DNA from: the human T2T-CHM13v2.0 reference genome, Homo sapiens
Length of the DNA: 64,000 bases
Strand: one strand, 5' to 3'
Assembly (NCBI RefSeq): GCF_009914755.1
Contig: NC_060928.1
A program made the position numbers and the translations under genes. Shown piece by piece: positions 1 to 14,720 of the stretch. Position 1 is the stretch's first letter. Each line of letters starts with the position of its first letter. Below the pieces are notes generated by a model that ran no database searches, had not been told where the DNA came from, and was given only the letters and a program-made list of their open reading frames with translations.

Positions 1-739
1 CAACCAACAAAGATGGCTGGGCAGGAAGTAACCAGACGTTGCAGGCCCTCCCACACCAAGGAAGTTGTATATTGCAACCACACAGACTGATTTTTGTTTT
101 AATGCCAAGCTATGCAGCTCGGCTGTCAGAGCAATGAAGTGAAAATAAAATTAGGGGCCAAATGTCTAAACCCTCAAGAAATGTCATGGATAAGAAGAAT
201 AAAACAAGTAAAAGGTTTTCCTTTTTTTGTTTTAATGTTTAAATATATATGAATTTTGTTATCAGTGCACTGAAAATGGAATCAGTGACCCGTTGGACCA
301 AATGCTTATGTTCAAGAAATGCCTTGAACTTTAAATAAACTCCATGTTATTTTGCTTTGGATTAATTTACTTGCAGATGTGTGACATTGCTTGGGAATAT
401 AGGTCCAGCTGGAAAATACAGACAGAGGCAGGGCAGAACCTAATTTTCTTACGATTCAGACTTTGCTGAACAGACAACATAGCTTTCAAAAGAAACATGA
501 ACTTCTCTTTCTTATTCACTTCAGGGACAGAGAGATTGAATTGAAGGCAGAATTCGGAGTTTCCTCCAATGACCACAAAATAGCATTTTAAAATCTTGTC
601 GTGTTTGTTTTTTGCGGCTGTTTTGATTTTTTTTTCTTTTCCTCAGCAGGCTTGTGAATTTCCAAGTAGCCCCATCCTGCTGCTTCTTCCCTTATTCCTG
701 TATTTATTAGCAGAGAGGATGCAGTCAGCAGCTCTGCAG

Positions 740-815
740 CCATAGGGAATTCACATCACCTCTCTGAGCCTTAGCTTTCTCTCTGTAAACTGAGAGCATT
801 GGGCTAAATAATTTC
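740..815 (+). mobile_element. MIR SINE fragment
   Basis: cacctctctgagccttagctttctctctgtaaactgag resembles the MIR core. Confidence 0.5.
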
Positions 816-1490
816 TTCCTCCAGTGGTTGGTCTATTTCCTAGGTCTGTGTGGAGTTACTACTTGGATGTCCCTGAGGGGGAGGTAGAATCTCTTCACTA
901 TAGCCCCCAATACTAGAGGATCAGTTAGTCAGTCAGCCAAAGAGATCATTCACGTCAATTTGTGAAGGAGGCCGGGGTGGTGGCCTACCTACGCTCCAAG
1001 AACCTAGTACCTCCTTTCCCCTCTCCTATCAGATGACTTTTTTTTTCTGTTTTCAGTTTGCTCTTCTATAGAATTATACTACACTTTTACTGGTATATAT
1101 AGAAAAGCAATTTTCATTACCATAAAGGATTAGAAAGCAAAACTTTAAAAACTAAGCTCATGCAAGTATCTTCACATCTTAGAATATTAGGGGAGATATT
1201 CATATGGGATGCTGACTGATGTCAAAAGGCCAAACATACAATTATGGGGGTTACCATCCCATTTGTATATTACCTCCTTGTTAGAAATCAATAGTTTATT
1301 GATTATTTTTCACATTATTTTTAAGAATATTTTTAATTGTCAGACAGTAACAATAAGACATTTTTAAATTGTTAGTAAAATAACTTCTATGTATAAATAA
1401 CCTCTGTCTTAGTGAAGTAACTTTTATTTATTAGCAAAACTAAATCTTATTCATGCTCGTTTAAGCAAAATGAATTACAGGACTATGGGG

Positions 1491-2585
1491 TCTATTAATT
1501 TGCTAGGTCTGCTGCAAGAAATTACCATAAACCAGGTGGCTTAAAACAACAGGAGCTTATTCTGACAGTCTGCAGGCCAGAAGTCTGACACCCAGGTGTC
1601 AGCAGGCCGCGCTCTCTCGGAAGGCTCAGCGGGGGGTCCTTGCTTGGCTCTCTCCCAGCTTCTGGTGGCTGCCTGGCAGCCCTTGGCGGACCTCGGCCCA
1701 GCCTGTCTCAGCATCACTCCAATCTCTGCCTCCGCCTCCTCCTCTGGGTGGCCCTGTCTCTGCCTCCGTCTCCTCCTCTGGGTGGCCCTGTCTCTGCCTC
1801 CGCCTCCTCCTCTGGGTGGCCCTGTCTCTGCCTCCGCCTCCTCCTCTGGGTGGCCCTGTCTCTGCCTCCGTCTCCTCCTCTGGGTGGCCCTGTCTCTGCC
1901 TCCGTCTCCTCCTCTGGGTGGCCCTGTCTCTGCCTCCGTCTCCTCCTCTGGGTGGCCCTGTCTCTGCCTCCGTCTCCTCCTCTGGGTGGCCCTGTCTCTG
2001 CCTCCGTCTCCTCCTCTGGGTGGCCCTGTCTCTGCCTCCGTCTCCTCCTCTGGGTGGCCCTGTCTCTGCCTCCGTCTCCTCCTCTGGGTGGCCCTGTCTC
2101 TGCCTCCATCTCCTCCTCTGGGTGGCCCTGTCTCTGCCTCCGTCTCCTCCTCTGGGTGGCCCTGTCTCTGCCTCCGTCTCCTCCTCTGGGTGGCCCTGTC
2201 TCTGCCTCCGTCTCCTCCTCTGGGTGGCCCTGTCTCTGCCTCCGTCTCCTCCTCTGGGTGGCCCTGTCTCTGCCTCCGTCTCCTCCTCTGGGTGGCCCTG
2301 TCTCTGCCTCCGTCTCCTCCTCTGGGTGGCCCTGTCTCTGCCTCCGTCTCCTCCTCTGGGTGGCCCTGTCTCTGCCTCCGTCTCCTCCTCTGGGTGGCCC
2401 TGTCTTCCCCTTTCAGACCCTGAGAAGCACACCTGCCAGTGGACCTAGGGCCTACCCTAATCCAGGAGGGTCTCATCTCCAAATCTTTACCTTACTGACA
2501 TCTACAAAGACTATTCCAAATAAGATCTTATTCTGAGGTTCCAGGTGGACATATCTTTTGGAGGTCACCGTTCAACCCACCACAC
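1491..2585 (-). mobile_element. MLT1C-like MaLR solo LTR, expanded internally by a VNTR
   Basis: Both ends match the MLT1C reverse complement (ggtggcttaaaacaacag...; ggacatatcttttggaggtcaccgttcaacccaccaca); internal gcatcactccaatctctgcctcc. Confidence 0.85.
1723..2405. repeat. GC-rich minisatellite, 34-bp unit TCTCTGCCTCCGTCTCCTCCTCTGGGTGGCCCTG, 20 copies
   Basis: Directly counted. The 34-aa periodicity in the ORF track equals 3 units. Variant units: 1, 3, 4 (CCGCC) and 12 (CCATC). Confidence 0.98.
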
Positions 2586-3680
2586 AGGGAGGGTCATGGA
2601 GCTCAAGTGAAGAAACAGCACCTGGGCTCAGCAGCCACCGAAAATAGCAATTGCGGAACCCGTTGGAAACCAAGCTCATTTTCTTGGCCCTCCTCTCGCC
2701 TTCCAGGCTGCATGGCTCCTTCATCTGCTTCTCTCTGACTGGCAGCATCAACCACTTTTCTCTGCAGCCTGTGTCAGCTTAGGACAGAAGAGAACCCTTA
2801 CACTTACATGCGTTTAGCTCCAGAGCACACGGACAGTGGCTAACCTCTGCCTCATTTCTACATTCCTGAGAAAAACAATCTCATGGGCTAGTTTTGGTTA
2901 AGCTTCTGTCATGGATCCCATCAGCTGTAGTTGAGACAATGGTCAGGTAAGTAGGTGCTGGAAGGGAAAGACATTCTCAGTTTAACAAAGTATTTTAAAT
3001 GAAGTCACAATAGTGTAAAAGTTAATAATAATGAGGTTTCTAAATACTCTTTCCAATGTTTTTCACTAAAGTTCATTAAGTACTATTCAAATAGTACTTA
3101 CATTTTTAAAACTATCCCCCAAATACTTCAGAGCCATCTAAAATGGTTGCTGGGTTTAGACTTCCCTGACACCTATGATGAGTCATAATTTAGTTATCAA
3201 TTTTAGTGGTCTACTCTTATCATAAGGGCCTGTGAGGAAGGTCAAGGTAGTTTGCAGTGGCTTTTCTAGAAAATCTTTCAGAAGGCTCCAAGCTGTATTG
3301 CCTGCAATTAGGATAATAGGCTTGGCTTCTGTCAGAAGGCTCCTTTCAGTTCTGTAAAAGTTCCTGTTGGTGAGTGGTTTATTGGGCCTATGAGATGTGA
3401 TCTCTTTCTTCTGGAAAGAGGTCCCTATATGGCAGTAATGGAGGAATACGTCCTGGAAATGAGAGAGCATATGTGCTTGGAAGCGAGGTGGTGGTGGTGG
3501 GGGGTGTTAATTAGCATGACAGGAAGAGAAGACCTATTCAGAAAACATAATGGTGAGAGAGGGAAATCAGAAGCGATATACTGGTTGGAAACCAAAAAGC
3601 CTCAGGGAGACAGAGTCAAATATGATGGCCATAATTAAATCAAATAATGTACTCCTTTTCCTTGACAAATCAGTGAGCCT

Positions 3681-3859
3681 TCAGAAGTGTGTGAAGCTTG
3701 AGATTCAGACATGAAATGCGAACATGTGAGGATATGAGACAGCCCCTGTGGCCCATCTTCCAAATCTCAGAAGTGTGTGAAGCTTGAGATTCAGACATGA
3801 AATGTGAACATGTGAGGATATGAGACAGCCCCTGTGGCCCGTCTTCCAGATCTCAGAAG
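3681..3859. repeat. 86-bp tandem duplication (2 copies plus 7 bp)
   Basis: tcagaagtgtgtgaagcttgag... starts at 3681 and 3767; tcagaag recurs at 3853; 3 mismatches. Confidence 0.95.
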
Positions 3860-4232
3860 GACAGAATGAACAACTTCAGAATCTTAGTGTCAAATGTAGG
3901 CATGGTGCTTGATAGCAAAAGTGCATCAGGTTCAAATCTTAGAAAATAGAATTGGCATGGATAGGGTAAAAAATTGGTCGCTATGAGAAAAGCAGCATTG
4001 TTGATTTCATTTACTAACTGTTGTAATAATGCTGTGTGTGTGTTAACTGAACCAACTAGGAGGAAAATGTAAGGAAGAGTGCTCCCTTGTTATTGAAATG
4101 GGCTTGGAAGTCAAAGAGGGAATGTCTGGTAAAGGCTATAGCATAAGTAGGATGACCCAACAATAGATTTAACAGATTATATCAATTATCTGGATAAACT
4201 TACATAAGAGTGGTACTGATATGGCTATTACA

Positions 4233-4873
4233 TGCGAGGGACTAAATTGTGTCCCTACAAAATTCATGTGGAAGCCTTAACCCCCAGTGTGACTGTATTT
4301 GGATACCAGAATTTTAGGAGGTAATTAAAGTTAAGTGAGGTGATAATGGTGGGGTCCTAACCTGACGGGTTTGGTGGCCTTACGAGGAAATGAAGAGAGA
4401 GAGCTCTCAGTCTCTCACATAATTTGGAGGCAGAAGATCCAGTCTGAGGGCTGGTCACGTAGGCATTCTTGGGAGAGGGCAGTACAGGCATGCCTCAGAA
4501 ATATTGTGAGCTCAGTTTCAGATCACTGCAATAAAGAGAACATTTCAATAAAGTGAGTCACAAGAAGAATTTGATTTACCAGTGCATATAAAAGCTACGT
4601 TTATACTATACTGTAGTCTACTAAGTGTGCAAGACACCACATGTACTTTTCTAATGTTCTCTCTCTCCATGCAGATGCACACAGGAAAGGCCATGTGAGG
4701 ACACAGCAAGAAGGCTGCCTCTACAAGCCAAGAAAAGAGCCCTCATCAGGAACTGGTCTGCTGGAGCTTGATCTGGGACCTTCAGCCTCTAGAATTGTAA
4801 GAAAATAAACTTCTGTTGTTTTGACCACCAGACTTACAGTATTTTGTTATGGAAGCCTGAGAAGACTAGTACA
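4233..4873 (+). mobile_element. MLT1A-like MaLR solo LTR carrying a foreign ~244-bp insert
   Basis: aattgtgtccctacaaaattcatgtggaagccttaaccccc...ggaaaggccatgtgaggacacagc...aataaacttctgttgtt...gactagtaca. Confidence 0.85.
4417..4660 (+). repeat. Locally templated insertion: copy of 6826-7039 joined to copy of 6318-6346
   Basis: Direct alignment by eye; the copy includes the flank/TA/Tigger1 TIR junction. Confidence 0.93.
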
Positions 4874-6019
4874 TATAACCATAGCCATTTTCACAATGTT
4901 TAGCATATGTTTACATCTCTTTTATTTATGCTATGAAATTACCCTGACATAATGCTCATATTTAAAGATATTACCTACTATATTTTTCTTTTTGGATGGG
5001 TGTAGCATTTTGTGGGTAGCTGGATTTTTTGATCAGACAAAGTTCAGAATCAAACTGCCAATATAATAGTTCTGTACGAGAAAAAAAAAGGTAAGGAATG
5101 GAAGATAGGGATACTATAAAGTAGGAGATATACGACAGGAAATCCATGCCAATAACTCTACATTTACCTCCTAAATGAAGATGTAGCCTTGTTGATCATT
5201 GGTTTCAACAAAGTATCAAGAGAGGCACTGATGTCTGCCCATAAGTGTGCAAACTTTTAGGATGTTCTTCCTGAATGGGTATAAAAAGGCTGAGGAATAG
5301 TAGGAAACTGAGATACTCTGATCAAGCAATACCCCTTCTGATGTGAACCACGTCTGCCTATATATTTGGCTAAATAAATTGGGAACTTAATCTAATTTTG
5401 TCTTGGTTGTCTTTGTGTAGTAGTTTTTTCCTGCTGAATTCTAAGTCCACCTTAAGTAATAAACTTTAAAAATCATTTGTCCTTTCTGGGTTCTATGCTG
5501 GGGTCGAGAAGGTGTCATTTTAGTATAGATAATGTAGGCATTTTTTTTCCAAGGAGTGAAATATTTATTGTGAATAAAATTGAAGATATTAATTTCCAAA
5601 TTCCCCTTGTTGGTAAAGACATAGGAAGAAAACAGAAATGCCCTTGGCAGATGAAAGAAGGATTGCTAGGCACTGCAGACTCAGTACATGGGGAAGTTTA
5701 AAATTAAGAGACAAAAGAACAAGTTTGTAAAGCCAGCTTTAGAGGTTTCACAATGAAGGAGCTTAAAAGTGAAGGCTTTGGACATTCAGATGCTGGAGCC
5801 TCGGTAGAGGCAACATGCTGGGTAGTGCTGAGTACATTTATTTAGAAGTCATTGAATTGTCTTTTCTATTTATGATCTGTGTATTGAAGCTATTCACCAG
5901 ATTCTTATTTGTGCTTTTCTTCATAGCATGCATTTTACTTGCCATTAATTGATTCAAAATTATTTTTCTAGCAATTATTCATGCTGATGTGCTCAAGCTT
6001 TATTGTTAGATCTAGAAAC

Positions 6020-6235
6020 AGTGATAGGTAAGATGTCCTGAGTACTTGCCCAGGGATATTCACTAAATCTTCACAGCAATTCTAGGACAGAGTCAACATT
6101 ACCCTGTCACAGCTGGGGATGCTAGGCCTTAGAGAAGTTTAGGAACTTGTCCAAGGTCACACACAATTAGTAAAAATAGTAGAATTGGAATTTGAACCTG
6201 GGTAGTTGGGCTCCAGGCCTCCTCCTCTTATCCAT
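6020..6235 (-). mobile_element. MIR SINE
   Basis: gcttagagaagtttaggaacttgtccaaggtcacac...ggaatttgaacctggg-like core. Confidence 0.7.
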
Positions 6236-6893
6236 TTTATCAAACCAAGTAACACTGTACATTGTTTACGTTGTTTTATTGGAATTATACATAGCATTCT
6301 GGAGTGCAACTTAGATTCAAGATACCACATGTACTTTTTATGTTCTGAAGTTTTACATCTAATCTATTCCTACAAATTAATGTATTTTAATCATAATGTC
6401 AGTGTAGCATCTAGACATAAAAAAATGGGTATATTACCTTGAACCACCCAAATTTGACCAGTAGGTTGAAAAGAAGTATGGCTGCATTCTGCGCTTCCTC
6501 TCTGACACTCTAGCACAGGGCATTGAGGTATAAGAGAATATCAATATTGGCACATATCCAACTCACAGATGTTTGTCTTTTCTTGATGCTCCCTGGTGCC
6601 TTAGCTTTGGCCACAGTGCACATAAGCAAAGTGACAGGGCAAGAGAGCCACAAGGAGAAGAGGCTGGAAGTGCAAGAAGGCTGAATGTACGTGAGATGTA
6701 GACCAAGGGCCAGGGGCCCAGATTCACAATAGACATCTGCAGTGGGAGGTTGCTGCAGCTACTAGAGATTGCAAGAAGGCAACTATTAGAATCGAAGTCT
6801 GTCATGCCTGCTACATGAACTGCAAACATAATTTGGAGGCAGAAGATCCAGTCTGAGGGCTGGTCACGTAGGCATTCTTGGGAGAGGGCAGTA

Positions 6894-9478
<2,585 letters not shown>

Positions 9479-10659
9479 TGTTATCAAACCAGAGTTTGCT
9501 TTAGCAACAGGGACACCATCTTGGTTAGTCCAATTCTCATCTTCGGAGATCTGGAGTGCATCTCTCTGAGAGTCTGTACAATCCTTGTTAGAACCCTGAG
9601 TTCAGAGTAATAAAAAGGGATGAAATGATTAAGGGACTGGACTTTTGCTAGACAGTAGACTCCTCTGTGTGCCCTAGGTTGTTCTTCTCCTCTAACACAT
9701 CAGAGTAGATTGTATCTTAAAAAGGAGTATTTGTGTTCAGAGCAACTGCTGTTGTGCCTGCTCTTCAGGTGACAGATGGTAGGCTTCTCTCTGAACCAAA
9801 AGCAATGTTTGCCATCCTAAAAATGTGGACATAATATGTTATATGAAAGTTTTTATTTGAGGCCACGTAATATGGCTTTATAGTTTTGTTTCCTGGTTAT
9901 TAGTCTTATCAAAGTTACTGCTGGAATGCCTGTGCAGGGAACAAAAAGAGGATGTCAAGGAAGCAGTGACCAGCAAATCCTGATAGAAGTTTAAATTCCC
10001 TGACAATCCAATAGGAATAAAGACATAATCAGCTGCATATTGGAGCACATTATTAAAACAGCCACTCAGGTTTTGAAATATCCATTTAAAATAGTTCAAT
10101 TAAAACCCAATTACAGAAACGTTCCACACGAACACTGAAACATCTATTTTATTATGATTCTGCATATCAGTAGCCTTTAAATCTTAAAGATGAACCAAAA
10201 TGTCTTTTAAAATGAGCACTAAAAGGGGAGACCCACAACATAGTCTCTGCTGCTTCAAAGGGGTTTCTGCCTTGATTTAAGAACATGAGTTCCAGTTGTC
10301 CCAATTACCGTTTACAGTAACCGAAAGAATAATAAATAGAGGATGCCTGTGAGTATCTGTTGTGATGCAAGAAATATTCATCTTAGGCACACTAAGCAAC
10401 TAAACCACAAAATTGGACTTTTTGCAACTGTTCGAAAAGTTAACTAAAGATGAATATGCATTTTATGCATATCAGTGCTTTTATCATATGCCATTTAATT
10501 ATAGGTTATTTTAAACTATTCATTCATAAAAAATTAATTTATTTAGCACTTTAGAATACCTAAGACATATAGTAATATAAATGTATGCAAGATTTTCAGA
10601 AAGTCACTTCTTATTTTGCATTTTTGGCTAGAGTTCTCTTTCGGCAAATATAGGTGTGA

Positions 10660-10986
<327 letters not shown>

Positions 10987-11232
10987 ACAATTATGCCTTT
11001 TTCCCGGCTCACTAAGGATTTAGAGATTCATATTCCTCTTCTTGTCACAGCCATGAATTCCTTTCAGCATCCACCTGCATGCTTTGCCTGGCATTGTCTG
11101 CTTGGGAACCAGAGCCCTGTTACTGTCTTACTTGAAAGGCAAGTTTTCCTAAGCTATCTACCAGATTACTTTAGATCATAGCCTTCTTTAGATTTCTCTA
11201 AATTATATGTCTTTGGACCTCAGATATACATG

Positions 11233-11629
11233 GTCTTCTTTTGAGAAATGTCTATTCAAATTTTTTGCTCATTTTTAAATTGGATTGTTTGGTTTCTTCC
11301 TATTGAGTTGTTTCTTGTATATTTCAGATGTTAATCCCTTATTAAATGTAGGGTTTGCAAATATTTTCTTCTATTCCACAGGTTCTCTCTTCACTTGGAT
11401 GATTGTTTCCTCAGATGTGCAGAAGCATTTAAAGTTGATATAATCTCATTTGTCTATTTTTTTTTATTTTCTTGCTTGTGCTTTTGGGTTCATGTAAAAG
11501 AAATTATTGCTCAGACCAAAGTTATAGAGCTTTTCCCCCATATTTTGCTTCAGCAGGTTTATAGTTTCAGGCCTTACATTTAGGTCTTTAATCTGCTTTG
11601 AGTTTACTTCTGTATGTGGTGTGAGATAG
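11233..11629 (-). mobile_element. L1MA-type ORF2 3' segment, inverted 5' part
   Basis: Reverse strand encodes IKDLNVRPETINLLKQNMGEKL, an L1 ORF2 C-terminal region. Confidence 0.85.
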
Positions 11630-12316
11630 CATAAGACATACAAAAGGCCAGCAAGTATACGGAAAAAGAAGACTTGCAAATAACCAACAGGCATATGAAG
11701 AGATGCTCAGCATCACTAATCAGCAGAGAAATGCAAATGAAAGCCACAACAAAATAGCAGCTCACACCTGTTAGAATGGCTTTTATCAAAGAGATGAAAG
11801 TTAAATGTTGGCAAGGATGTAGAAAAGACGAAGGCCTTGCATACTGCTGGTGGGAATGTAAATTAGTACAGACGTCATGGAAAACTGTACAGAGCTTCCT
11901 CAAAAAGTAAAAATAGACCTACCATATGATCCAGCAATCCCACTAGTGGGTATATATCCAAAGGAAAGTCAATAGCTCTGTATGACAGGTATTTGCATTC
12001 TCATGTCCATTGCAGCATTATTCCCAATAGCCAAGATATGGAGTCAAACTAAGTGTCCATTAATGGTTGAATCAATAAAGAAATGTAGTATATATACACA
12101 ATACAATGCTATCCAACCTTTAAAAAGAAGGATATCTGGTCATTTGTGACAACATGGATAAACCTGGAGGACATTATGTTATTTGAAGTAAGCCAGGCAC
12201 AGAAAGAAAAATATTGCATGATCTTACTTACATAATTGCATATTAAATTGAGAGAAGCTGAACTCATAGAAGTAGAGAGAATGGTGGCTACCAGAGGTTT
12301 GGGAGATGTTGGACAA
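11630..12316 (+). mobile_element. L1MA-type ORF2 end and 3' UTR, sense part
   Basis: gatgctcagcatcactaatc...gatccagcaatcccact...gtaagccaggcacagaaag. Confidence 0.88.
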
Positions 12317-12556
12317 AACAAACAAACAAGAAAAGTAAGGATGTAACTTCAAACCAAAAATAAAGGAGTACCAACGGCTTTTTGACTGAATGCCCACAAA
12401 TACGGCAGCTGTCACTTTGTTTACCTTTGTCATACTGATTTTGTAGTTGGACCTGTCATGGCCATTGCTGGAATTAACAAATGAGTGGAATGATTACAAA
12501 GAAAAATTGAAGAATCTATTTTGTTAATTTTTATGGTAATGTATATTGAGAGATTA

Positions 12557-12922
<366 letters not shown>

Positions 12923-14040
12923 TAATACCAATAACATACTTGTGCATGGCTCAACAAATAATATTTTTATTCAAGATATATTTACAATATAAGAATGCAC
13001 AAACACTTCAGTGTGTTTATACATTGGCATATCGGGGTTTTATTATTAATGTTGGCGTATAGCTTTTCATCAGGCCTCTTCCTTACTCAAAAATATGTGA
13101 ATTTCCCCAATTTTCTGCTTTATCAATCCCCAGACTCCTCTGTCTGGTTGTCAATTCTCTCTCCAGTTCCGCTCCACCGTATGCATTCAACAATATATTT
13201 TTTGACTCCCCAAGGTGCACACTCTACTTAAACTTGCCCCCTCTTCACCTGTGTTAACTCCACCCAAACTTCAGGCAACTGTATCACATCAGCAACGGAG
13301 CGTTCTCTCAAATACCTCAGCCCTTACACACTCAGCTCCCCAACTGAGCACTTACTTGAGGACTTAGGTGTACATTTATATCAATTTGTGGTATGACACC
13401 CTTTTATCATTTTCTACTTGTCACTCTATCTCCCTGCAACTGCTCTGTAAGCACAAGCATCTACATAGTGAATAGCCAACAATGAAGTTCAGACTAGCAA
13501 AGTATTGACAATGCCATTTTCTAGGTCAGTTTCTGAGTGGGCTGAGATGACTGAAAGTAGAAGTCAACTCCAGAAGCAGCTGATTTCCAGCAAAAAGAGC
13601 GATGATTACTCCTCTGCTTACCAGCAGTTACACCTATTGATACTGGAGCCTCCCCCTACCACGAGGTAGCTTCTGCTGCTATTATCTTGCTGCTCTGGGT
13701 GAGTCCCTGAGAATTCGGGGTTAGGGAAGTAAAGAGGGGAGCAACAGTCTGTAATCAACTTAGGACATTTCATTGCTATAATCTCATTACTCAAGAGTTT
13801 TTTTTTAAATATCATAGAATATAATTAAGTCTGGTCCCAATTTTTGCCCAGATGGGAAGAAAAGGAAAAATTCATGAAATATAAGTCTAAGGTGACTTTT
13901 TAAAAATTGTATTTTCTTTTTGGAAATAACAAAGTCTATAATAAAATGTTTATGTAATTTTAATTATAAGATTGTAAATAAAATGCATGCATATGAAATG
14001 CATTTATTACAACTTTTATACAATTTTGTGAAGCTAATCA

Positions 14041-14078
14041 TATATATGTGTGTATATATATATGTGTGTGTGTGTGTG

Positions 14079-14112
<34 letters not shown>
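14041..14112. repeat. Compound (TA)n/(TG)n microsatellite
   Basis: Directly visible. Confidence 0.95.
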
Positions 14113-14113
<1 letters not shown>

Positions 14114-14720
14114 CTCTGTCTTTATATAGATTTCTTTGCATGGATCTATCCAGACAGATACCACTCTTTAAAGTTTTATATATTTTAATCTCCAGTGAGA
14201 AATACCAAAGTGAACTAGGTCATCTCTTTCCATGGTGGAGCTGATGGCTGACTCCAACTGTGACCAAATGATCTCTCCTTGAGGCCAGATAAGAAAGATG
14301 AACATGGGATTATTTTTCCTTATGTGTATTTTCAAGAGCTCATTAATAATTTCAGTTTCATGTTGATGAGAGTTAGCTTTCAGAAACATTTATTTTATAC
14401 AAAAAAAAAAAGACTAAGAGCTCGTTATCTCTTCATGATGATATAACTTTTCTGCAGAATTTCTAAAAATCTTAAAGGACAATTGTGTGTGTTTGAGGAG
14501 AAATACAGGGCCTGACTCAGAATCTTCCAGTTACATTCTCTCTTGTTACGTTTATAAATTCTATACCCTGAAAACAGGAAATATGTTCCAACTGTTGGAA
14601 ACTTTCAGTTACAACTGATTTGTGTTTTTCTGCTATGTTCATTATTTCAGTTTGTTATTACCAACGATCTCTCTTTTCTTAATAGACCAAAACATAAACA
14701 ACTCAGGCTTCCTTAAGAAA

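Larger units (their letters stand above)
1405..2950 (-). mobile_element. Old MaLR LTR (MLT1J/K/L-like), split by the MLT1C insertion into ~1405-1490 and ~2590-2950
   Basis: tgtcttagt...ttaagcaaaa on the left and ctagttttggttaagc...cccatcagctgt on the right resemble old MLT1 LTR segments. Confidence 0.4.

Noticed and set aside
367-576. 69-aa minus-strand ORF ending at a GTAAAT donor-like site
   Set aside because: No recognisable protein similarity, no convincing acceptor and no partner exons
1723-2405. CRISPR-like array (34-bp period)
   Set aside because: Units are head-to-tail with no unique spacers; the same applies to 33817-34005
1541-2536. 200-313 aa ORFs as real genes
   Set aside because: They result from a stop-free 34-bp repeat inside an LTR; all six frames are open
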